DNA of 40,450 nt, taken from positions 1 to 40,450 of the forward strand of contig CAZCHA010000001.1 of assembly GCA_964498175.1 (NCBI GenBank), in the 5' to 3' direction. The notes under the pieces were generated by a model that did not search any database, had not been told where the DNA came from, and saw only the letters and a program-made list of their open reading frames with translations. The position numbers and the translations under genes are program-made. Shown in pieces: positions 27,438-34,782 of this stretch. How positions within the stretch are numbered: position 1 is the first letter of the stretch; each line of letters opens with the position of its first letter. The DNA comes from an uncultured bacterium (GTDB taxonomy: Bacteria > Fidelibacterota > Marinisomatia > Marinisomatales > UBA1611).

Positions 27438-28481
27438 CTATAGATTTTCAGGACGAAGCTGACGGAGCTGTTTCCCGGCAATCCACATTTCCTGATTGTT
27501 AACTTCTGCTAATTCTTCTTCCAATCCTACGCGATAATCAGATTTTGAATTTGATTCAATGGAACGCCGTGCTTCTTCGCCACTCAACACTTTTTGATAG
27601 CATTCTTCAATAACTGGCTTTAAGGTATCCCGAAATTTTGGTGCCCAGTCCAAAGCCCCCCGCTGTGCGGTTGTTGAACAATTGGCATACATCCAGTCCA
27701 TTCCATTTTCTGCAACAAGTGGATAAAGGCTTTGTAACGCTTCTTCAATAGTCTCATTATAAGCTTCGGACGGGGAATGTCCATGCTCGCGTAAGACTTC
27801 ATATTGTGCTAAAAACGCACCCTGAAGGAGGCCCATTAATACACATCGTTCCCCAGTTAAGTCACTATGGACTTCCTTTTCAAAAGTGGTTTCAAACAAA
27901 TGTCCGGAACCAATAGCAAATGCTGTAGCGACACATCGCTCTTTTGCACTTCCTGTGAAATTCTGGTGAATTGCAAATGAAGAATTAATCCCTCGGCCTG
28001 CCTTGAAATGAGTACGCACTGTTAACCCACTTCCTTTTGGTGCAACGAGAATAACATCTACATTATCCGGTGGAATAATACCCGTGTCTTCATGGAAAAC
28101 AACACCGAATCCATGTGAAAAATAAAGAGCATTTCCTTCACTCAAATTCTCTTTGACCGTTGGCCAAGCCTGTATTTGCCCAGCATCTGATAATAGAAAC
28201 TGAATGATGGTGCCGCGTTGAACCGCTTCAGCAATTTCAAACAGATTTTCGCCTTCTACCCAACCATCTTTCACTGCTTTTTTCCAACTGGAGCCACGTC
28301 GCAATCCAAGGATTACATTAAATCCTTGATCCCGCATATTCATTCCTTGACCATAACCTTGAGGACCATAGCCTAAAATGGCTGTTACTTCATTTTCTAA
28401 AATGGATTTGCATTTCTCCCGGGGATAATCCGATCGTTCAATAATTGTTTCAGTATACCCATTAATGTTCAATTCTTTCAT
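27438..28481 (-). CDS. ilvC: Ketol-acid reductoisomerase (class I)
   Basis: GYGPQGYGQGMNMRDQG Rossmann motif. Length of 347 aa fits class I. Lies between ilvN and leuB. Confidence 0.93.
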   Translation of the reverse strand: MKELNINGYTETIIERSDYPREKCKSILENEVTAILGYGPQGYGQGMNMRDQGFNVILGLRRGSSWKKAVKDGWVEGENLFEIAEAVQRGTIIQFLLSDAGQIQAWPTVKENLSEGNALYFSHGFGVVFHEDTGIIPPDNVDVILVAPKGSGLTVRTHFKAGRGINSSFAIHQNFTGSAKERCVATAFAIGSGHLFETTFEKEVHSDLTGERCVLMGLLQGAFLAQYEVLREHGHSPSEAYNETIEEALQSLYPLVAENGMDWMYANCSTTAQRGALDWAPKFRDTLKPVIEECYQKVLSGEEARRSIESNSKSDYRVGLEEELAEVNNQEMWIAGKQLRQLRPENL

Positions 28482-28512
28482 TGTTTCTCCATTTGATTAA
28501 TACCAACTCTTG

Positions 28513-29064
28513 TTAATAGGATTCCAGAATCCGAGAAGTAGTCCAGTTCGGCTCTGATTTAGTCAACTCTGGCTGATTTTTCGAAGAATTTCCTGCAACC
28601 ATAGCCACCTTGCCGGAACGAACAATCTCAAGGATATCATATTTTTCCAGCGCTTTAATAACAGATTCTACTTCTTTTTCATAGCCGGTTAATTCAAAGA
28701 TTGTCGCATCATCAGTACCATCAATTATTTTTCCATGAACCGATTTAACAATTTTATTGACTTCATCAAGGTCATCTTTTTTTAGGGCAACCTTGACCAG
28801 GGCATATTCGCGAATATGGCTGTCGATTTCTGTAGCATCAATTACGTCATAAACATCAATAAGCTCTTTAAGACTGTTGACAACAGTGCGTTGCTTGGTT
28901 TTGTCTGGTTCGTTCAAAACGACAGTCATACGGGTGATATCTTTTCTTTCCGTCCTGCCGGCAATCAGGCTTTCTATATTAAAATTTCGTCTCCGAATAT
29001 GACTTGATATTCTATTCAAAACGCCAGGTTCATCCTGAACAAAAACGATTAATGTTTGTTTCAT
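28513..29064 (-). CDS. ilvN: Acetolactate synthase small (regulatory) subunit
   Basis: N-terminal ACT domain LIVFVQDEPGVLNRISSHIRRRNFNIESL plus an ALS_ss_C-like C-terminal half. Directly downstream of ilvB. Confidence 0.9.
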   Translation of the reverse strand: MKQTLIVFVQDEPGVLNRISSHIRRRNFNIESLIAGRTERKDITRMTVVLNEPDKTKQRTVVNSLKELIDVYDVIDATEIDSHIREYALVKVALKKDDLDEVNKIVKSVHGKIIDGTDDATIFELTGYEKEVESVIKALEKYDILEIVRSGKVAMVAGNSSKNQPELTKSEPNWTTSRILESY

Positions 29065-29084
29065 AGCAAGGGGTTCTCCTATTG

Positions 29085-30812
29085 TTATACTTCTTGAAAT
29101 TGTTTATTCTTTGGTCGGGATATCATGGCATTCAAGTCAGCACCTGCGGGAACCATTGGATAAACCATATCATGTTGCTCTACCACGAATTCCACCAATA
29201 CAGGTCCATTGATTTTCTTAACCTTCTTGATAACTCCAGAGATCTCTTTTCTCTTATTTACCCGGTACCCTGATAGGCCATAAGCTTCAGCAATCTTTAA
29301 ATAATCAGGACTACTGATGGGTGTTTCCGCATAGCGAGCATCATAAAATAGTTGCTGCCATTGACGGACCATACCCAGATAACCATTGTTTATGATGGCA
29401 ATCTTTATATTGGCATTTTCCTGAACGGCCGTGGCTAACTCTGTAATAGTCATCTGGATACTGCCATCGCCGACAATCACCCAAATATCTTTATTTTGTC
29501 TGGTAAAACTGGCACCAATAGCTGCTGGCAAACTGTAACCCATTGTCCCCAAACCGCCAGAAGTCAAAAGTGTATTAGGCTCTTCATGTTCATAGTATTG
29601 TGCCTCCAGCATCTGGTGTTGGCCCACATCGGTAACAATGAGTGCATCTCCATTTGTCTCCTTCCAGATATCGCGAATAACCTGAGCACCATAAAGTGTA
29701 TCAGTTTGGACATTAATAATATCTCTTCCTAAAGATTCATTTTGCCATCCAGAAATTGTTTTGATCCATTTAATATTTTGCTTTTTACTAATGTGGGGTA
29801 ATAATTGTGTCATTGCAGTACGCAAGTCACAGGAAATTCCTACATCAACAGGAACATTTTTATTGATCTCAGATGGATCAATATCTATGTGAATCTTTTT
29901 GGAATCAGGAGAATAGGTTTTAATATTTCCTGTAACTCTGTCATCAAAACGCATTCCGCAGGCGATCAAAAGGTCCGCATCTTGAATAGCATTATTTACT
30001 GCAAATTCTCCATGCATACCCATCATTCCCATATTCAGGGGGTGGCTTGCAGGGACGCTCCCTGCACCCAATAATGTCCATCCAATTGGTATGGAAGCTA
30101 TTTCGGCTAATTGAATTATTTCCTGAGAAGCACCAGACAGGAGAATCCCATGTCCTGCAAGTATTACTGGTTTCTTTGCATTGTTAATTAGGCTTGCAGC
30201 ATCCTGTATGTTTTTTTCAGATGCTTCTATAGGAAGATTATTTCCAGGTAGTCTGACAGGTTCATCTGGGTAGACAAATTCAATTGTATCATTCTGGACA
30301 TCTTTAGGTATATCAATTAACACAGGTCCTGGCCGGCCAGAACGTGCCACGGCAAAAGCTTCTTTTATCGTGGAAGCTAAATCGTAGAGATCCATAACAA
30401 GGTAGCTATATTTTGTTACCGGTAAAACAGTACCAGAAATATCAACTTCCTGAAAGGCATCAGTACCAATGGCTGCTTTCGGGACCTGCCCTGTGATACA
30501 CACTATTGGGATAGAATCCAATTTTGCAGTTGCAAGGCCCGTAACCATATTAGTCGCACCTGGTCCAGATGTTGCCATAGCTACACCTACTTTGCCACTG
30601 GCTCGTGCATAGCCATCCGCCATGTGAGTAGCACCCTGTTCATGCCGAACTAACACATGATGGATTTTATCACGATACTTATTAAGTGCATCATAAGCTG
30701 GTAAAATCGCACCACCAGGATATCCGAAAACAACATCAATATTTTCCCGAATAATACATTCCCAAATTATTTCTGCACCTGTTAATATTCTTTTCTTCAT
30801 ATTATATCTCAT
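29085..30812 (-). CDS. ilvB: Acetolactate synthase large (catalytic) subunit
   Basis: ThDP-enzyme blocks GYPGGAILP, GLGTMGYSLPAAIGA and GDGSIQMTITEL...NNGYLGMVRQWQ. The start could instead be the ATG at 30800 (MKKRILTG...). Confidence 0.93.
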   Translation of the reverse strand: MRYNMKKRILTGAEIIWECIIRENIDVVFGYPGGAILPAYDALNKYRDKIHHVLVRHEQGATHMADGYARASGKVGVAMATSGPGATNMVTGLATAKLDSIPIVCITGQVPKAAIGTDAFQEVDISGTVLPVTKYSYLVMDLYDLASTIKEAFAVARSGRPGPVLIDIPKDVQNDTIEFVYPDEPVRLPGNNLPIEASEKNIQDAASLINNAKKPVILAGHGILLSGASQEIIQLAEIASIPIGWTLLGAGSVPASHPLNMGMMGMHGEFAVNNAIQDADLLIACGMRFDDRVTGNIKTYSPDSKKIHIDIDPSEINKNVPVDVGISCDLRTAMTQLLPHISKKQNIKWIKTISGWQNESLGRDIINVQTDTLYGAQVIRDIWKETNGDALIVTDVGQHQMLEAQYYEHEEPNTLLTSGGLGTMGYSLPAAIGASFTRQNKDIWVIVGDGSIQMTITELATAVQENANIKIAIINNGYLGMVRQWQQLFYDARYAETPISSPDYLKIAEAYGLSGYRVNKRKEISGVIKKVKKINGPVLVEFVVEQHDMVYPMVPAGADLNAMISRPKNKQFQEV

Positions 30813-32495
30813 TTATTCTAATACAGCACCGGTATTTGCAGATGTAACCATTCTGGCATATCGGCCTAAATATCCATTTGTTATTTTTGGTTTAAATTCC
30901 GAAAGCGTATCCAGTCTGGACTGGATTTCTTCATCAGTTAGTTCAGCGTTCAAACTTTTGTCCGGAATGTTCACATGAATAGTATCCCCGTTTTCTAATG
31001 CCGCGATAGGTCCTCTTTCTGCTGCTTCCGGTGATATATGACCGATGCAAGCACCACGTGTTCCTCCAGAAAAACGCCCATCAGTAATGAGTGCAACCTT
31101 ATCTCCTAATCCCATTCCCATAATTGCACTGGTTGGTGATAACATTTCTGGCATACCCGGCCCCCCTTTAGGGCCTTCATAACGAATAACAACCACATCT
31201 CCTGGTTGCACTTCATGATTCATAATGCCTGAGAGCGCTGTTTCCTGAGAGTCATAAATACGTGCCGGTCCTGAATGAACAAGCATTTTAGAATCTACTG
31301 CTGCAGTTTTTACAATGGATCCATTAGGAGCTAGATTTCCGAACAATGCAGCTAATCCGCCTTGCTGAGAATAGGGAGAGTTTATACTTCGAATGATGGA
31401 CTCATCTTTAGAGTGAGCCGCTGCAATATTTTCACCAAGACTTTGGCCTGTTATGGTTGGAAGATCCAATCTTAAAACATGATCCTTTTTTGACAACTCA
31501 TTTAATATTGCAGAAATGCCACCAGCACGATCCACATCTTCCATATGGACATCCGGGGTGGCGGGGCTCACCTTACATAGGTAAGGTGTATTCTTTGAAA
31601 TTTCATTTAATTCTAGTAGGTCAAAATCAATATTAGCTTCGTGTGCAATTGCTAAAGTATGTAGGACAGTATTTGTACTCCCACCCATGGCCATATCGAG
31701 AGCAAATGCGTTTCGGATAGATTCTTTGGTAATGATGTCTCGTGGTTTTACATCATGGTTTACCATATTTAATATTTTTTCTCCAGCTTGTTTAACAAGT
31801 TCAAGGCGACCTTCATCAACCGCCAGAATAGAACCATTCCCAGGTAACGCAATACCCAGTGCTTCCATAAGGCAATTCATTGAATTTGCAGTGAACATTC
31901 CGGAGCAAGAGCCACAAGTGGGGCATCCTTCCTTTTCAATTTCTGTTAATTCTTGTTCAGAAATTGTACCGGCCTCAACCTTACCCACGCCTTCAAATAC
32001 TGAAATCAAGTCAACTTTTTTTCCATCTACTTCTCCCGCTTTCATGGGACCACCAGAAACAAAGACAGTTGGAATATTTATACGAACAGCCCCCATAAGC
32101 ATACCGGGAACAATTTTATCACAATTGGTAATGCATAAGAGGCCATCCAAACGATGGGCCTCTGCGACTGTTTCTACCGAATCCGCAATCAATTCTCGAC
32201 TGGGTAAGGAATATCGCATTCCAATATGCCCCATGGCGATTCCATCATCTACACCGATGGTATTGAATTCAAATGGTATACCGCCAGCATCGCGAATAGC
32301 CTGTTTAGCAACTTTACCAAATTCTTGTAGATGGACATGGCCAGGAATCAGATCAATATAAGAATTAGCAATCCCAATGAACGGTCGCTCAAAGTCAGAC
32401 TCTTCTTGTATAACACCTGTCGCACGTAAGAGGCTGCGGTGCGGTGCATGTTCAAATCCTTTTTTTATTGTATCTGATCTCATTTCTGTTCTCAT
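30813..32495 (-). CDS. ilvD: Dihydroxy-acid dehydratase
   Basis: IlvD/Edd blocks [28 protein letters not shown] and [14 protein letters not shown]. First gene of the 9-gene operon. Confidence 0.95.
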   Translation of the reverse strand: MRTEMRSDTIKKGFEHAPHRSLLRATGVIQEESDFERPFIGIANSYIDLIPGHVHLQEFGKVAKQAIRDAGGIPFEFNTIGVDDGIAMGHIGMRYSLPSRELIADSVETVAEAHRLDGLLCITNCDKIVPGMLMGAVRINIPTVFVSGGPMKAGEVDGKKVDLISVFEGVGKVEAGTISEQELTEIEKEGCPTCGSCSGMFTANSMNCLMEALGIALPGNGSILAVDEGRLELVKQAGEKILNMVNHDVKPRDIITKESIRNAFALDMAMGGSTNTVLHTLAIAHEANIDFDLLELNEISKNTPYLCKVSPATPDVHMEDVDRAGGISAILNELSKKDHVLRLDLPTITGQSLGENIAAAHSKDESIIRSINSPYSQQGGLAALFGNLAPNGSIVKTAAVDSKMLVHSGPARIYDSQETALSGIMNHEVQPGDVVVIRYEGPKGGPGMPEMLSPTSAIMGMGLGDKVALITDGRFSGGTRGACIGHISPEAAERGPIAALENGDTIHVNIPDKSLNAELTDEEIQSRLDTLSEFKPKITNGYLGRYARMVTSANTGAVLE

Positions 32496-32623
32496 TTTTT
32501 AATTTTAATGGAAACACGTTTACCAAATCGTTCAGAATATATATACAGGCAGGGTATAGGAATTGTTGGGGAGGAATTTGTCTCCGCCGTCATCTTCACC
32601 TACCATATTTTTTAAATAATCTG

Positions 32624-32770
32624 TCAGGCGATTTGGACGGCGAGTCCAATAATCACTAGAATCAATAAATCAATAAGTAGATTATTAATCTGAAGGAGAT
32701 TAATGTCAACACCAAGAGCAAATGGTGCATTTGCTATCTGTGTATTTTGTAATTTGTATTGATTATTCAT
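32624..32770 (-). CDS. 48-codon small ORF upstream of ilvD: candidate BCAA leader peptide, or a small single-TM peptide
   Basis: Manual translation gives MNNQYKLQNTQIANAPFALGVDINLLQINNLLIDLLILVIIGLAVQIA*. An AAGG lies 9 nt before the ATG. 13 of residues 31-47 are Leu/Ile/Val. It is below the 60-aa track cutoff. No clear U-tract terminator follows it. Confidence 0.35.
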   Translation of the reverse strand: MNNQYKLQNTQIANAPFALGVDINLLQINNLLIDLLILVIIGLAVQIA

Positions 32771-32812
32771 TTTAGCTAACCTTATTCTCCATTGCTGGAG
32801 ATATTGGGCGCG

Positions 32813-32841
32813 ATTTTACAGGAGAATAAAAGTTTGTACAA
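32813..32841 (-). promoter_or_regulatory. Sigma-70-like promoter candidate for the small ORF and the ilv-leu operon
   Basis: On the minus strand: TTGTAC (32841-32836), 17 nt spacer, TAAAAT (32818-32813). Confidence 0.35.
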
Positions 32842-32874
32842 TATATTTTTCATTGAATTACACTTTAAAATCAA

Positions 32875-34464
32875 TTACTCCCGATAATCTTGTAATTCCC
32901 GTGCAGATGGATCTATCACGTCCGTCCATTTAGGCATCCAAAAGTGTGGGATTAATTTTTCATTCTCTCCAAAATAAGAATCAAAAACTTTTCGGTAGTA
33001 ATAGCTCTCTTTTAAAACAGGTGTACAGTGGCTAATCGTTTTGCTTTTTTGTTGAAATTCATTATCAGATATTTTTTTGTCAACATATGCTTGAATAATA
33101 TGATGCCAAGATTTCTTCTTGGCACTGACGCCATCAGAAAATGCACATTTTCGTCGCCATAATACTTCGTCAGGCAAGATTTCTTGGCCTTCGAATGCTT
33201 GTCTGAGTAAATATTTTTCCAACCGGTTTATGCCATCAAATGATTTTAATTCTGGAGGAATAGATAGGTAATATTTCACAAAAGCTTTATCTAAAAATGG
33301 CGTCCGCGCTTCCAATCCGTTTGAACTAATACTCCGATCGGACCGCAGCACATCAAAATAGTGAATCTCTTCTACCAGTTTTTCACTTTCCTTTTGTAGA
33401 TCTTTTGATGTTGGAGCATTCTTTAAATACACATAACCGCAACAGACTTCATCGGCACCATCACCATTAAAAATCACTTTACAATCAGAGTTTTCTGATA
33501 TGTATTTTGAAACTAGATAATTGCCCACACTAGCCCTAACTGTTGTAGTATCATAAGATTCAATATTATAAATAACTGTTTCAATAGCATCTAAAAATTC
33601 ATCCTCAGATACTTCGATTGGATGATGTTTTGTGTCCAAATAATCCGCCACGGTTTGTGCATATTCAAGATCAATGCTCCCCGGAAGTCCAATAGAAAAT
33701 GAATTGAGTTTTGGTCCTTCATAATACTTATTTACCAAGGCACAAATTAAACTAGAATCCAATCCGCCGGATAAGAGACACCCAATCTCACGTTCTGTCA
33801 TGAGCCGTTTCTTCACTGCATCTATTAATAAAGACCGAATTTTATCGCAAATTTCTTCTTCATTGTGTTCCTGAATTTTGGTACCATTATAATGGAAATA
33901 AGGGTTGAATCTATCTGGGGCGTCGGAGCACCACCAATTCCCTGGAGAGAATGGTATAATTTCTGAACAATGATTCACCATGGGCTTTATTTCTGATGCA
34001 ATCATAAGCTCATTTCCATCTCTGCCCATAAATCCTGGTCGGACACCCATGGGGTCCCGCCCAGCGAAAAGTAGGCCAGTATTTGTTTCGTGTATTACAA
34101 ACATGAATACACCATCTAATTCTTTCACAGTTTTATCAATACCAAATTTTTTAAACATCAGCAAAATGATTTCACAATCTGAACCGGTCACCAAATTGAA
34201 ACCATATTTGTCAGCCAGATCTTTATAATTATAAATTTCGCCATTACAGATCAGAGTGAGTGAAGCATCATTTGGATGTTTCATGGGTTGATCACCCATT
34301 TCTGTTGTACCCATAATTGCTAATCGATGGAACGCAAATAACACATCATTTCCAATCATTTCATGGTGTGTATTATCGGGGCCACGATAACCGATCCGGT
34401 TAATATCATTTTCCAATGAATCCCAATCTTGTTTTTGCCCTTTGTATAAAAATATGCCACACAT
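32875..34464 (-). CDS. asnB: Asparagine synthetase, glutamine-hydrolysing
   Basis: N-terminal nucleophile MCGIF (class-II GATase). PP-loop LLSGGLDSSLI. AGGAAG RBS 8 nt before the ATG. Confidence 0.93.
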   Translation of the reverse strand: MCGIFLYKGQKQDWDSLENDINRIGYRGPDNTHHEMIGNDVLFAFHRLAIMGTTEMGDQPMKHPNDASLTLICNGEIYNYKDLADKYGFNLVTGSDCEIILLMFKKFGIDKTVKELDGVFMFVIHETNTGLLFAGRDPMGVRPGFMGRDGNELMIASEIKPMVNHCSEIIPFSPGNWWCSDAPDRFNPYFHYNGTKIQEHNEEEICDKIRSLLIDAVKKRLMTEREIGCLLSGGLDSSLICALVNKYYEGPKLNSFSIGLPGSIDLEYAQTVADYLDTKHHPIEVSEDEFLDAIETVIYNIESYDTTTVRASVGNYLVSKYISENSDCKVIFNGDGADEVCCGYVYLKNAPTSKDLQKESEKLVEEIHYFDVLRSDRSISSNGLEARTPFLDKAFVKYYLSIPPELKSFDGINRLEKYLLRQAFEGQEILPDEVLWRRKCAFSDGVSAKKKSWHHIIQAYVDKKISDNEFQQKSKTISHCTPVLKESYYYRKVFDSYFGENEKLIPHFWMPKWTDVIDPSARELQDYRE

Positions 34465-34490
34465 AATTTTTTCTTCCTTTTATTTGATAT

Positions 34491-34525
34491 AAAAAAAAAC
34501 CCCCAAGAATTGAAATTCTTGGGGG
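34491..34525 (-). terminator. Intrinsic terminator inside the asnB 5' leader (attenuator terminator)
   Basis: Minus-strand RNA reads CCCCCAAGAAUU-UC-AAUUCUUGGGGG, a 12-nt perfect inverted repeat (~11 bp usable). Nine consecutive U follow (34499-34491). The U-tract ends 26 nt before the asnB ATG. The plus-strand version has only five U. Confidence 0.8.
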
Positions 34526-34550
34526 TTTTTATTAAAGCTTAACCTTATGG

Positions 34551-34655
34551 TTACAAAGCTTCGCCCCCACTCATATTATTATTGTTATTAATCAAAGTGT
34601 TAAACTGAATCATTTTATTAGGGCGCTTCCGCCATAAGATATTTTGTAATTCCAT
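34551..34655 (-). CDS. 34-codon leader peptide with an Asn5 run (candidate asnB attenuation leader)
   Basis: Manual translation gives MELQNILWRKRPNKMIQFNTLINNNNNMSGGEAL*. Codons 23-27 are aat aac aat aat aat, and 8 of 34 residues are Asn. An alternative start at Met15 keeps the run. The stop codon lies inside a hairpin arm that precedes the terminator. Confidence 0.6.
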   Translation of the reverse strand: MELQNILWRKRPNKMIQFNTLINNNNNMSGGEAL

Positions 34656-34716
34656 GATCAATTTTATGAATAAATTTTAGTGATATCAATAATAAGATTT
34701 ACTTTTTTACTATTCT

Positions 34717-34745
34717 CTAATAATATCATTAATTTTATTAGTCAA
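34717..34745 (-). promoter_or_regulatory. Sigma-70-like promoter candidate for the asnB leader transcript
   Basis: On the minus strand: TTGACT (34745-34740), 17 nt spacer, TATTAG (34722-34717). This is ~60 nt upstream of the leader ATG. The -10 element is weak. Confidence 0.3.
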
Positions 34746-34782
34746 TTTTACCCATTTATAAACGTACTTAATTAGTATTAAT

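Noticed and set aside
31687-32361. Long antisense ORFs inside well-supported genes. Examples: 224 aa opposite ilvD, 141 aa opposite amtB, 125 aa opposite leuC, 118 aa opposite ppc, 123 aa opposite asd, and several opposite gltB and thrC
   Set aside because: Each lies fully within a gene whose translation carries diagnostic family motifs. Their own translations are low-complexity with no motifs.
32444-32659. 71-aa plus-strand ORF spanning the ilvD start and its upstream region
   Set aside because: It overlaps the ilvD N-terminus in antisense, has no motifs, and is better explained by the minus-strand leader region.
32496-32874. T-box riboswitch upstream of the ilv-leu operon
   Set aside because: No T-box consensus (AAnnnGGGTGGTACCGCG-like) and no specifier-loop architecture was visible.
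34500-34530. The strong hairpin read as a conventional (bidirectional) gene-end terminator
   Set aside because: No plus-strand gene ends upstream of it. On the minus strand it lies before asnB, not after a gene. The U-tract is much stronger in the asnB-sense direction (9 U versus 5). Its position between a mini-ORF and an RBS fits an attenuator.
34547-34591. Plus-strand mini-ORF MVTKLRPHSYYYCY (Tyr-rich), antisense to the Asn codon run
   Set aside because: It is the mirror image of the AAT repeats, sits downstream of the hairpin on that strand, and has no associated gene or terminator logic.
34656-34782. Thr/Ile leader peptide, lysine riboswitch or T-box upstream of thrA
   Set aside because: The only ORFs are a 4-codon one (MNKF) and a GTG-initiated Ile-rich ORF that has no following terminator. 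The region is nearly pure A/T and lacks the conserved GC-rich cores of L-box or T-box elements.
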